Shown: positions 24,959-42,693 of the stretch, piece after piece
How positions within the stretch are numbered: position 1 is the stretch's first letter
How the letters are laid out: each line of letters begins with the position of its first letter
From: Rhodospirillales bacterium
GTDB lineage: Bacteria; Pseudomonadota; Alphaproteobacteria; Rhodospirillales; Casp-alpha2
Direction: 5' to 3'
Length of the DNA: 64,000 bases
Assembly (NCBI GenBank): GCA_965227245.1
Contig: OZ245728.1
Coordinates: 3,306,946 to 3,370,945, forward strand
The notes under the pieces: generated by a model
What the model saw: only the letters and a program-made list of their open reading frames with translations
Told to the model about the DNA's origin: nothing
The model's database searches: none
Made by a program: the position numbers and the translations under genes

Positions 24959-25882
24959 CTACCCGCCATAAGCCTGAAACAGGCCACGCGGCCGCAAGAT
25001 CAGTACCAGCGCCATCAGAATGTAGATCGAAACGCTTGAAATCGACGCCCCGATGCTGTCCGCCGCCGCCGGTTCAAGGAACGAACGCATGATCAGCGGC
25101 ATGAACGCCCGGCCAAATGTATCGACCATGCCGACCAGAAGCGCCCCGACCAAAGCACCGCGGACGGAACCGATGCCGCCGATGATGATCACGACGAAGG
25201 TCAGAATCAGGATGCGTTCTCCCATGCCGACCTCGATCGCCAGCACCGGACCGGCCATCGCGCCTGCCAAACCAGCCAGCATCGCACCGATCCCGAAAAC
25301 CACCGTATACAGACGGTCGATATCAACACCGAGTGCACCGACCATTTCGCGGTTTGTGGCACCGGCACGGATCAGCATCCCCAGCCTGGTTTTGACGATC
25401 AGGTGCCTGAGCAGAACTGCCACCAAAAGCCCGACACCGATGATAAACAACCGGTAAGCCGGATACGGCGCACCCGGAATGATTTCAACCGTTCCGGAAA
25501 GCCATGACGGTGTCGTCATGAACAGGGCCTGGGCGCCCCAGATGATCTTGGTCAGCTCATTGAACGTCAGGATTACACCAAAAGTCGCCAGCACCTGATC
25601 CAGATGATCGCGGGCATAGAGTTGCCTGAGCGCCAGTAGTTCGAGGACAGCCCCCGTCAGGCCGGCGGCGATCATCCCGGCCAGCACGCCGATGACAAAG
25701 CTGCCGCTGGCACCGGCAACGCTGGCGGTTACATAGGCGCCAACCATATACAGTGAGCCGTGCGCCAGATTGATCATGTTCATGATGCCGAAGATCAGCG
25801 TCAGGCCGGCCGCCATCAGGAACAGCATCACGCCATGCTGCAACCCGTTCAGCGCCTGTTCAAAAAATAGGACCGAGGTCAT
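24959..25882 (-). CDS. LivH-like ABC transporter permease
   Basis: GLTLIFGIMNMINLAHG, IGGIGSVRGA, RPRGLF. Confidence 0.94.
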   Translation of the reverse strand: MTSVLFFEQALNGLQHGVMLFLMAAGLTLIFGIMNMINLAHGSLYMVGAYVTASVAGASGSFVIGVLAGMIAAGLTGAVLELLALRQLYARDHLDQVLATFGVILTFNELTKIIWGAQALFMTTPSWLSGTVEIIPGAPYPAYRLFIIGVGLLVAVLLRHLIVKTRLGMLIRAGATNREMVGALGVDIDRLYTVVFGIGAMLAGLAGAMAGPVLAIEVGMGERILILTFVVIIIGGIGSVRGALVGALLVGMVDTFGRAFMPLIMRSFLEPAAADSIGASISSVSIYILMALVLILRPRGLFQAYGG

Positions 25883-25986
25883 GTTCTTAGGCTATCGGGA
25901 ATATTTTGAAATGTCGCGCCGCCAAACGTGAAACGACCGGAGACGGTAATTGACCCTCCCCGGCCATTTCAAACATCAGCCTGCTA

Positions 25987-27156
25987 TCACATCTTGCAGT
26001 CTTTGGCATAGGCATCGGCGTGTCCGGTGAAGACCTTCGCGACCAGTTGATTGGTAACGCCGTCACCTTCCTTGATCACCTTACGGACATAAATGTCCTG
26101 CACTGGATGGTGGTTCGGGCCGAACTTGAAGGCACCGCGTACGGACTGGAAATCGGCAGCCTTGAGGGCGGCACGAAACGCATCCGCATCTTTGAGATTG
26201 CCGCCGACCTTGGCGATGGCACTGTCGAGCAATAGCGCCGTGTCATACCCCTGCGATGCATAGAGCGAGGGCTTGCGGCCATAGGCTTCCGTGAACGCCT
26301 TCACGAAGGCCTTGTTCACGGGTGTGTCGAGATCGTGAGAATATTGCGACGTGTTAAAGGTGCCGATCGCGGCATCGCCGACGGCCTTGAGGATGCCCTC
26401 ATCGAACGAGAACGCAGGACCATACAGCGGCACTTCCTTGTTCAATCCGGACTGTGCGTACTGCTTGACGAAGTTGACCCCCATCCCGCCCGGCAGAAAG
26501 AAGAACACCGCATCGGGTTTGGCTGCACGCAGGTTGGCGATTTCAGCTGCATAGTCCACCTGGCCGAGTTTGGTATAGACCTCGCCGGCGACCGTTCCCT
26601 TGTAGAAGCGCTTGAAGCCCGCGAGTGAATCCTTGCCCGCCGGATAGTTTGGCGCCATCAGGTAGACGTTCTTGAACCCCTGGTCGGACACATACTGCCC
26701 CATGGCTTCGTGCAGGTTGTCATTCTGCCAGGCGACGTTGAAGTAATTCCTGTCGCACTGCTTACCGGCCAGCGCGGATGGACCGGCATTCGGGCTGATG
26801 TAAAATTTACCGGCTCGGGTCACGCTCGGCACCACGGCCATGGCCAGGTTTGACCAGACGATCCCCGTCACCACATCAACATTGTCGCGCTTGATCATGC
26901 GGGTCGCGATCTGCTTGGCGTTCTCGACTTTGCGGGCGTCATCGACGACGTCCAGTTCCGTGGCAACACCGCCGAGCTTGCCACCCTTCTGTTTCAGCGC
27001 CAGCTCAAACCCGTCACGGATATCGATCCCCAAAGACGCCCCCCCACCCGAGAGCGTCGTGATCATGCCGATCTTGACGGGCTCGGCGGCCAAAACCGGA
27101 CTGCAGAGCATCCCACCGATGACCGCAGCCGCAGCCAGTACACCAACGCGTTTCAT
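25987..27156 (-). CDS. ABC transporter periplasmic binding protein, type 1 (Liv-like); possibly aromatic-acid binding
   Basis: Signal peptide, KIG...TLSG, NAGPS.LAG..C..NYF.VAWQND, YASQGYD. Confidence 0.9.
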   Translation of the reverse strand: MKRVGVLAAAAVIGGMLCSPVLAAEPVKIGMITTLSGGGASLGIDIRDGFELALKQKGGKLGGVATELDVVDDARKVENAKQIATRMIKRDNVDVVTGIVWSNLAMAVVPSVTRAGKFYISPNAGPSALAGKQCDRNYFNVAWQNDNLHEAMGQYVSDQGFKNVYLMAPNYPAGKDSLAGFKRFYKGTVAGEVYTKLGQVDYAAEIANLRAAKPDAVFFFLPGGMGVNFVKQYAQSGLNKEVPLYGPAFSFDEGILKAVGDAAIGTFNTSQYSHDLDTPVNKAFVKAFTEAYGRKPSLYASQGYDTALLLDSAIAKVGGNLKDADAFRAALKAADFQSVRGAFKFGPNHHPVQDIYVRKVIKEGDGVTNQLVAKVFTGHADAYAKDCKM

Positions 27157-27275
27157 ATGCAGTTTCTCCCCAGAAGTGGTTCAGGCGCGGGACCGTGGCT
27201 TACCGCGCGTTCAGCGTCGAAGATTAAATGATCCATTCACCCCATACAACGATATGAAGACACGCTGAAGCCAAC

Positions 27276-27308
27276 AAAAAGGGCGCACATCCCGAAGGAT
27301 ATGCGCCC
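27276..27308 (-). terminator. Intrinsic terminator of the rpoBC operon
   Basis: Minus strand GGGCGCATATCC-TTCG-GGATGTGCGCCC-TTTTT. Confidence 0.85.
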
Positions 27309-27349
27309 GATTTGTTTCTTGCTCCGGTCAGGCGAGGCTCTGAGTGCTT

Positions 27350-27386
27350 CCCCTCATCCGGCGCCACCCTCTCCCAGGGGAGAGCG
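27350..27386. repeat. Degenerate alphaproteobacterial palindromic (REP-like) element
   Basis: CCCCTCATCCG..GCCACCCTCTCCC.GGGGAGAG resembles, from recall, the widespread CCCCTCATCCG...CCACCTTCTCCC...GGGAGAAGG repeat. Confidence 0.55.
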
Positions 27387-27390
27387 GTAA

Positions 27391-31581
<4,191 letters not shown>

Positions 31582-31587
31582 TTACCG

Positions 31588-35736
<4,149 letters not shown>

Positions 35737-36016
35737 TACGTCCCTCGATTTCCTAATGCTCCTTGCGGGCGCCATTCCCTGCGCACCGGTCGGAGACCGT
35801 TTCCATGTGGGAGAGATCTAACGGCATGCCGCACCGACGATCCCGACCCGCGAATTCTGCGTTTCCACTTTCCCGGCCGCGGCAAGGCCTATGCGGGCAA
35901 AAACGCTTCTGCAGTGTCGTGCCCTTTATCTGGGCGGGGAACAGGCGTTCCCTGAACTAATGTTCTAACAAATAAGCGCTTCGGCCTTAAAATATACGGG
36001 CGAAGCGCAAGCTGGC

Positions 36017-36042
36017 GACGCGGCCGCCGAAGCGGCCGCGTC
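36017..36042 (-). promoter_or_regulatory. UUCG-capped hairpin in the rplL-rpoB intergenic region
   Basis: Minus strand GACGCGGCCGC-TTCG-GCGGCCGCGTC, perfect 11-bp stem, no U-tract. Confidence 0.6.
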
Positions 36043-36052
36043 CACCAAAAGC

Positions 36053-36433
36053 TTACTTGAGCTCGACGGTTGCGCCGGCTTCTTCCAGCTTCTTCTTGAT
36101 CTCTTCGGCTTCTTCTTTCTTGGCACCTTCCTTGACGGGCTTCGGTGCACCTTCGACGAGATCTTTCGCTTCTTTCAGGCCAAGACCCGTGATCGTACGA
36201 ACTTCTTTGATCACGTTGATCTTTTTGTCGCCTGCAGATGCGAGGATGACATCAAATTCATCCTTTTCTTCCGCAGCGGCGGCGTCACCACCACCAGCGG
36301 CCGGAGCGGCGGCAGCAGCAACCGGTGCTGCGGCGGAAACGCCCCATTTTTCTTCGAGCAGCTTGGAAAGCTCAGCGGCTTCCAGAACGGTCAGGTTCGA
36401 CAGTTCTTCAGCAATCTTTTCAAGATCAGCCAT
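36053..36433 (-). CDS. rplL: 50S ribosomal protein L7/L12
   Basis: [40 protein letters not shown]. Confidence 0.99.
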   Translation of the reverse strand: MADLEKIAEELSNLTVLEAAELSKLLEEKWGVSAAAPVAAAAAPAAGGGDAAAAEEKDEFDVILASAGDKKINVIKEVRTITGLGLKEAKDLVEGAPKPVKEGAKKEEAEEIKKKLEEAGATVELK

Positions 36434-36478
36434 TTTATCAGTCTCCTAAGGCTTGAACTATTGACAATCGTTACGGCG

Positions 36479-36997
36479 TCACGCCGCTTCACCTTGTTGG
36501 GCACGTGCGCTCAGCACCCGTGCGACCTGACCACCCGGCGCCTGAAGGACGCCAGCGATACGAGTCGCCGGAGTGTTAAGCATTCCCACGATCTTGGCGC
36601 GGAGTTCGTCAAGCGACGGCAGGGTGGCGAGCTGCTTGATGGCATTTTCATCAAGCCGGACGTCCCCCATTGCACCACCGAGAACGACCAGTTTGTCGTT
36701 CTTCTTGGCGAATTCCACAGCGACTTTCGCAGGTGCTACGGGATCATCGGAATATGCGATGGCCGTAGGACCGGTAAAGAGATCGCCGATCTGATCGTAG
36801 GGCGTGCCTTCCAAAGCAAGACGAGTGAGCCGATTCTTGGTAACTTTGAAACTGGCACCGGCATCCCGCATCTTAGTCCGAAGATCGCCCATCGCGTCGA
36901 CGTTGAGCCCGATATAATGGGTCACGACGACGATTGAGGCGTTCTCGAACGTTCCACGGAGCGACGAGACCAGTTCACTTTTTTCCGATCGGTCCAC
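36479..36997 (-). CDS. rplJ: 50S ribosomal protein L10
   Basis: VTKNRLTRLAL, FTGPTAIA, LATLPSLDELRAK; GTG start. Confidence 0.98.
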   Translation of the reverse strand: MDRSEKSELVSSLRGTFENASIVVVTHYIGLNVDAMGDLRTKMRDAGASFKVTKNRLTRLALEGTPYDQIGDLFTGPTAIAYSDDPVAPAKVAVEFAKKNDKLVVLGGAMGDVRLDENAIKQLATLPSLDELRAKIVGMLNTPATRIAGVLQAPGGQVARVLSARAQQGEAA

Positions 36998-37159
36998 GGA
37001 TCGTCTCCAGTCAAAAGCGGTTCAACATTGAACCCCTGTTGCACTTTGGCTCTGACATCGAACCCGTTTAAGGCGGGCTTTCGGTCAAAACCGGCTCGCC
37101 CTGTCCCGTACAACAGTCCAAGCCAATACATTGAGATCACTCTCAAAAATCATTGGCAT

Positions 37160-37232
37160 CGACACTGTCTATGCAGGCGGAAAGTTCCATTAAACAGCGA
37201 TAAAACGCGCTGTGCCTACGGTCTCGGACAGG
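37160..37232 (-). promoter_or_regulatory. L10 leader (rplJ-rplL autoregulatory RNA)
   Basis: Minus strand CCGAGACCGTAGG...TTTAA...CCTGCATAGAC in the rplA-rplJ spacer matches the recalled L10-leader pattern. Confidence 0.7.
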
Positions 37233-37320
37233 TCAGAACGGCCCCGAAAAGCTCCGGAGCCGCTCCTGTTCGACCGGACGATTAAACGTTTCGGCCGAAT
37301 TCTTCAAGACCTGATTGCGC

Positions 37321-38010
37321 TTAAAGCGCATTCACGTCCAATTTAATACCAGGCCCCATCGTCGATGTGACGCTGACTTTCCTGACATACGTGCCTTTGG
37401 CGCCGCTCGGCTTGGCCTGCTGAATGGCGCTCACGAAGGCTGCGATGTTTTCCGTCAACTGCTCAGCAGAGAAGCTCGCCTTGCCGACGCCGGCATGAAT
37501 GATGCCCATTTTCTCGACACGGAATTCGATCTGGCCGGCTTTCGCCGCTTTGATCGCACCGGCGACGTCCGGGGTCACGGTGCCGAGTTTCGGGTTCGGC
37601 ATCATGCCCTTAGGGCCGAGCACCTTACCGAGACGACCGACAATCCCCATCATGTCCGGGGTCGCGATGCAACGGTCGAAATCCATCATGCCGCCCTGGA
37701 TCTGTTCCATCAGATCCTCGGCGCCGACGATATCGGCCCCTGCTTCACGGGCTTCATCCGCTTTCGCATCCTTGGCGAAGACCGCGACGCGCAGCGATTT
37801 GCCGGTCCCGTGCGGCAGCGACACCGTACCGCGGACCATCTGGTCGGCGTGGCGCGGATCGACACCCAGGTTCATGGCGACTTCGATGGTCTCGTCGAAC
37901 TTGGTCTTGGCATTTTCCTTGAGGATTTTTACGGCATCCTCAATCGAATAAACCGCATTGCGATCGACATTTTCGAGGGCGGCGGTGTAACGCTTACCTT
38001 TGCGAGCCAT
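37321..38010 (-). CDS. rplA: 50S ribosomal protein L1
   Basis: [34 protein letters not shown]; ATG 38010. Confidence 0.99.
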   Translation of the reverse strand: MARKGKRYTAALENVDRNAVYSIEDAVKILKENAKTKFDETIEVAMNLGVDPRHADQMVRGTVSLPHGTGKSLRVAVFAKDAKADEAREAGADIVGAEDLMEQIQGGMMDFDRCIATPDMMGIVGRLGKVLGPKGMMPNPKLGTVTPDVAGAIKAAKAGQIEFRVEKMGIIHAGVGKASFSAEQLTENIAAFVSAIQQAKPSGAKGTYVRKVSVTSTMGPGIKLDVNAL

Positions 38011-38011
38011 G

Positions 38012-38443
<432 letters not shown>

Positions 38444-38513
38444 TTTTCTCTCAGTTCAAAATATGGGGCCAAAGCCCCGTTTAACATCCACGGGCAAGCC
38501 CGCGTTCTGAGTG

Positions 38514-38545
38514 CGTGGTCCGGCCTTGGCGGGCCTCCCACACGG
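38514..38545 (-). promoter_or_regulatory. Putative L1-binding leader of rplK-rplA
   Basis: Minus strand GTGGGAG...GGACCAC stem with an internal loop upstream of rplK. Confidence 0.45.
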
Positions 38546-38602
38546 ATTGCCGGAGGATATGCCTCAGGCAGCGCCGGGGTGTACTTGTCCCGGCTTAATC
38601 TG

Positions 38603-39133
38603 TCAAAGCTTTTCCACCTGCGAGTATTCCAGCTCGACCGGGGTCGCACGCCCGAAGATGCTGACCGCCACCTTGACGCGGGCACGTTCTTCATCGACAT
38701 CCTCGACCAGGCCGTTGAAGGAATTGAACGGACCGTCGCAAACCCGGACCTGTTCGCCCACCTCAAAGGTGATCGACGGTTTCGGACGCTCGACGCCCTC
38801 CTTGACCTGATAGATGATACGCTCGGCTTCGGCGTCCGTAATCGGCGACGGACGACCCTGACCACCGAGGAAATCGGTAACTTTCGGCGTATTTTTCACC
38901 AGGTGCCAGGTTTCGTCGGAAAGCTCCATGCGGACCAGCACATACCCCGGGAAGAACTTCCGTTCAGAGTTGTGCTTGGCGCCGCGGCGCATTTCGACAA
39001 CCTCTTCGGTCGGCACCAGGACTTCCTCGACAAGGTCTTCCATCCCCGCCTGACGCACCTGCTCCTCGATCGACTGGGCGACCTTTTTCTCCGAGCCGGA
39101 GTAAACGTGAACGACGTACCAACGCATGGCCAT
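38603..39133 (-). CDS. nusG: Transcription termination/antitermination factor NusG
   Basis: WYVVHVYSG.EKKV, FFPGYVLV, KOW motif DGPFNSFNG.VE, SIFGRATPVEL. Confidence 0.99.
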   Translation of the reverse strand: MAMRWYVVHVYSGSEKKVAQSIEEQVRQAGMEDLVEEVLVPTEEVVEMRRGAKHNSERKFFPGYVLVRMELSDETWHLVKNTPKVTDFLGGQGRPSPITDAEAERIIYQVKEGVERPKPSITFEVGEQVRVCDGPFNSFNGLVEDVDEERARVKVAVSIFGRATPVELEYSQVEKL

Positions 39134-39137
39134 GGGA

Positions 39138-39335
39138 TCAGCCTCCGAGTCCGAACAGGAATTTCACACCCAGTTGCAAGACCTGATCGACCAGCAGGAA
39201 AAAGATCGCGGCGATGACGCAGAATACGAACACCATCGCCGTGGAAATACCGGTCTCCTTACGTGTTGGCCAGGTTACCTTCGAGGCTTCCTGACGAACT
39301 TCGCGAACGAACTGTGCCGGATTGGTTTTTGCCAT
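39138..39335 (-). CDS. secE: Preprotein translocase subunit SecE
   Basis: F.REVRQE..KVTWPTRKET followed by one TM helix; ATG 39335. Confidence 0.97.
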   Translation of the reverse strand: MAKTNPAQFVREVRQEASKVTWPTRKETGISTAMVFVFCVIAAIFFLLVDQVLQLGVKFLFGLGG

Positions 39336-39454
39336 TGGTCTTACATACCTTGCAGCTTCTGTGGAGAATCTGCTCTTCAAGTCACCTCAGGGATCATTCC
39401 CTAGAGATGTAGTTTAAAATCGTCTTCCGCAACCGCATCACCGGCAAAGAAGCG

Positions 39455-39530
<76 letters not shown>

Positions 39531-39581
39531 ATGCCGCCCTGCGGCCCCGGCCAGGCCGGAACCGCAGTCTCGTAACTTTCG

Positions 39582-40772
39582 TTACTCGATGATTTTCGCG
39601 ACGACGCCGGCACCAACGGTGCGGCCGCCTTCGCGGATGGCGAAACGCAGACCTTCGTCCATGGCGATCGGTGCAATCAACGTCACGTTCATCGAGATGT
39701 TGTCGCCCGGCATCACCATTTCCGTCCCTTCGGCCAGCTCAACCGTACCGGTCACGTCCGTGGTCCGGAAGTAAAACTGCGGACGATAGTTGGCAAAGAA
39801 CGGCGTGTGACGGCCACCCTCTTCCTTCGTCAGAATGTACGCTTCGCACGAAAACTTCGTGTGCGGCGTGATCGAACCCGGCTTCGCCAGGACCTGACCG
39901 CGCTCAACTTCCTCACGCTTCGTACCACGCAGCAGCGCACCGATGTTGTCCCCGGCCTGACCCTGGTCAAGCAGCTTGCGGAACATCTCCACACCCGTGC
40001 ACGTCGTCTTCTGCGTCGCCTTGATACCGACGATCTCGATCTCGTCACCGGTGTTGATCACACCGCGCTCAACACGACCCGTCACAACCGTACCACGGCC
40101 CGAAATCGAGAACACATCCTCGATCGGCATCAGGAAGTCCTGATCAACCGGACGCTCCGGCTGCGGAATGTAATCGTCAACAGCCTTCATCAGCTCAAGA
40201 ATGGCATTCTTGCCGATCTCGTCGTCACGGCCTTCCAGCGCCGCCAGAGCCGACCCCTTGACGATCGGAATATCGTCGCCCGGGAAGTCGTAGCTCGACA
40301 GAAGCTCGCGGATTTCCATCTCGACAAGCTCAAGAAGCTCCTCGTCGTCAACCTGGTCGACCTTGTTCATGAAAACAACAAGCGCCGGAACACCAACCTG
40401 GCGGGCCAGAAGGATGTGCTCACGCGTCTGCGGCATCGGGCCGTCAGCCGCCGAACAAACCAGAATCGCACCGTCCATCTGCGCCGCACCCGTGATCATG
40501 TTCTTCACATAATCCGCGTGACCCGGGCAGTCGACGTGCGCGTAGTGACGGGCTTCCGTCTCATACTCAACGTGCGCCGTCGAAATCGTGATCCCGCGAG
40601 CACGCTCTTCAGGTGCCTTGTCAATCATGTCAAAGGCCATCGCCTCACCGCCACCGGCTTCCGACATAACTCTCGTAATCGCCGCCGTCAGCGTCGTCTT
40701 GCCATGGTCAACGTGGCCAATCGTACCTACGTTGCAGTGCGGCTTGTTACGCTCAAACTTTTCCTTGGCCAT
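39582..40772 (-). CDS. tuf: Elongation factor Tu (second copy, upstream of tRNA-Trp/secE)
   Basis: Same protein as 17898-19088 from ATG 40772; the track's 447-aa ORF runs into tRNA-Gly. Confidence 0.99.
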   Translation of the reverse strand: MAKEKFERNKPHCNVGTIGHVDHGKTTLTAAITRVMSEAGGGEAMAFDMIDKAPEERARGITISTAHVEYETEARHYAHVDCPGHADYVKNMITGAAQMDGAILVCSAADGPMPQTREHILLARQVGVPALVVFMNKVDQVDDEELLELVEMEIRELLSSYDFPGDDIPIVKGSALAALEGRDDEIGKNAILELMKAVDDYIPQPERPVDQDFLMPIEDVFSISGRGTVVTGRVERGVINTGDEIEIVGIKATQKTTCTGVEMFRKLLDQGQAGDNIGALLRGTKREEVERGQVLAKPGSITPHTKFSCEAYILTKEEGGRHTPFFANYRPQFYFRTTDVTGTVELAEGTEMVMPGDNISMNVTLIAPIAMDEGLRFAIREGGRTVGAGVVAKIIE

Positions 40773-40865
40773 CTCAGTTCTCTCTTTTCCTAATCGCCTC
40801 GGCCCGACAGGCGGTCCGAACAAAAAAACTAACCAAAAACCCCTGCGGTCGCATATCGCCGGCGT

Positions 40866-40939
40866 TGGAGCGGGTGGAGGGAATCGAACCCTCGTAACCA
40901 GCTTGGAAGGCTGGGGCTCTACCATTGAGCTACACCCGC
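40866..40939 (-). tRNA. tRNA-Gly (TCC)
   Basis: GCGGGTGTAGCTCAATGGTAGAGC...CT-TCC-AA...GGTTCGATTCC...CCA; 74 nt. Confidence 0.97.
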
Positions 40940-40985
40940 CATCGCCGCATCACATCTTCGCCTTCTCCCGGAATTCCGGCAGAAA

Positions 40986-41070
40986 TGGTGGGGGGAGTTG
41001 GATTCGAACCAACGTAGGCATAGCCAACGGGTTTACAGCCCGTCCCCTTTAGCCACTCGGGCATCCCCCC
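40986..41070 (-). tRNA. tRNA-Tyr (GTA)
   Basis: GGGGGGATGCCCGAGTGG...CT-GTA-AA, long variable arm, GGTTCGAATCC...CCA; 85 nt. Confidence 0.97.
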
Positions 41071-41119
41071 GACGAATACGTGACGATCCACCGCTAGGGG
41101 CGGTGGATCGGGCGGTCGG

Positions 41120-41147
41120 AATATGAAGATTTCCGCAGTATTGTCAA
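41120..41147 (-). promoter_or_regulatory. Sigma70 promoter for tRNA-Tyr/tRNA-Gly/tuf
   Basis: Minus strand TTGACA-N16-CATATT. Confidence 0.6.
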
Positions 41148-41266
41148 CGCCTAAACGTGACAAAATCCATACAAATCCCGAGGTAAATACCATGATAATT
41201 CACAGACAATTCGAAATCGTCAAATTGACTTGCGGAACATCACTGTATCGGATGATAAAAGGGCCC

Positions 41267-42130
41267 ATGAGCAAGCGCAAGCGCCCCCCACGTTCCGCCC
41301 GCAGCCGAATCAACGCGCCCCGCACCAACGGGACGACGATACGCGCCGGTTCCAAGGAAATATCGAGAAGCGGCGGCAAGAGTATAACCCACGGCGGCCA
41401 TCCGCACGGTTTGTGGCTGTTCGGCATTCATGCCGTCGCCGCTGCGGTGGATAACCCGAACCGCCGTCGGCATCGGTTGATTGCCACCAAACAGGGCCTC
41501 GAGTCCCTTCAAAAGGCGCTGCCGAACCGGCACCCGGACAGTTTCAATGCTGAATTCGTGGACAGGGCAGAAATCGATGCGGTGTGCGGGCCGGACAATG
41601 TACATCAGGGCCTGGCGCTGCTGGTCGACCCGCTGCCTGATTTGCATGTAGAGGATGTCATCGCCCCCGAAGATCAGGCCCCGGATACGCTGGTGGTCCT
41701 CGATCAGGCAACGGATCCGCGCAACATCGGCGCCGTGATGCGGTCAGCCCGCGCCTTTGGTGCGCGGGCGCTGATTATTCAGGACCGGAATGCCCCGCCG
41801 GAGACCGGGACCATGGCCAAGGCAGCTTCCGGCGCCCTTGAACACGTATCGCTGGTCCGGGTGACAAACCTGGCACGGGCGATCTGGACGCTCAAAGATG
41901 CCGGTTACTGGTGCCTGGGGCTTGATGGGTTCAGCGAAGACGATATCGGTAGTGTCGACCCCACGCCCCGCCGGGTGATCGTCCTGGGCGCCGAAGGCAC
42001 CGGGCTCAGAAGATTGACGCGGGAAACCTGTGACCAGCTTGTCCGTATTCCCATGGATTCGGCCCAGGAAAGTCTGAATTTGTCGAATGCCGCTGCGATC
42101 GCGCTTTATGTCGTGACACGGTCGCGCTGA
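41267..42130 (+). CDS. rlmB: 23S rRNA 2'-O-methyltransferase, TrmH/RlmB family
   Basis: LFGIHAV, HQG, LDQATDPRNIGA..RS, VLGAEGTGLR, ESLNLSNA (SPOUT motifs); start at 41267 is inferred. Confidence 0.9.
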   Translation: MSKRKRPPRSARSRINAPRTNGTTIRAGSKEISRSGGKSITHGGHPHGLWLFGIHAVAAAVDNPNRRRHRLIATKQGLESLQKALPNRHPDSFNAEFVDRAEIDAVCGPDNVHQGLALLVDPLPDLHVEDVIAPEDQAPDTLVVLDQATDPRNIGAVMRSARAFGARALIIQDRNAPPETGTMAKAASGALEHVSLVRVTNLARAIWTLKDAGYWCLGLDGFSEDDIGSVDPTPRRVIVLGAEGTGLRRLTRETCDQLVRIPMDSAQESLNLSNAAAIALYVVTRSR

Positions 42131-42150
42131 AAGATTGTGACACGGTCGCG
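42113..42150 (+). repeat. 14-bp direct repeat duplicating the 3' end of rlmB
   Basis: GTGACACGGTCGCG at 42113-42126 and 42137-42150. Confidence 0.85.
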
Positions 42151-42165
42151 TTGGGAAATCTTCCC

Positions 42166-42582
42166 CTAACCTTCGCCCACAGGCCCGGTCTCGCAGATCA
42201 TCCCCCAGCCTTCTACACTGAGCGGTGACTGACGTTTTGCCCAGCTTTCATATCTGGCAAGTTGCTCACCGGGCACCCCGTACTTTTCAATAAGCTGCTG
42301 AATAATCGGCTGTTCGTCTTCGTGGTATTCATCGTCGGAATAGGCGATCACCAGAAGCTCCAGCAATACAATCGTTTGCGCCAGGGGTGTGTCAAAAACA
42401 TCAAAGTTGGGTGCGCCGTAAATTTCTTCAGGGGGGGCCTTGATGTTCCCGCCCATTTCCGCGACGCGCACATTGAGCGTCACATGCTCTTCCGGGACAA
42501 CCTCTCCATCGGCCATAACGACTTTTGTCGCCAATGCGAGGAACGACTGTTTTTGCCGTTCCGTCAGAATATTGAGAAACAT
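42166..42582 (-). CDS. TerB-like (tellurite-resistance family) helical protein
   Basis: LA..V..ADG.V..EE and LL..AYSD.EY...E paired motifs typical of TerB. Confidence 0.75.
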   Translation of the reverse strand: MFLNILTERQKQSFLALATKVVMADGEVVPEEHVTLNVRVAEMGGNIKAPPEEIYGAPNFDVFDTPLAQTIVLLELLVIAYSDDEYHEDEQPIIQQLIEKYGVPGEQLARYESWAKRQSPLSVEGWGMICETGPVGEG

Positions 42583-42693
42583 TGAAGCCTACCCCGTCGA
42601 AATCTGTACACAGCAATTATGTCGCGCATGCTGGCATAGAACGACACTTAATCAAAGGCTACAGGTGCGGCAAATGGAATTGGACGGCCCTGT

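Noticed and set aside
39582-40925. 447-aa EF-Tu with an N-terminal extension
   Set aside because: The extension is a translation of tRNA-Gly and spacer DNA; the true start is ATG 40772, matching the other copy.
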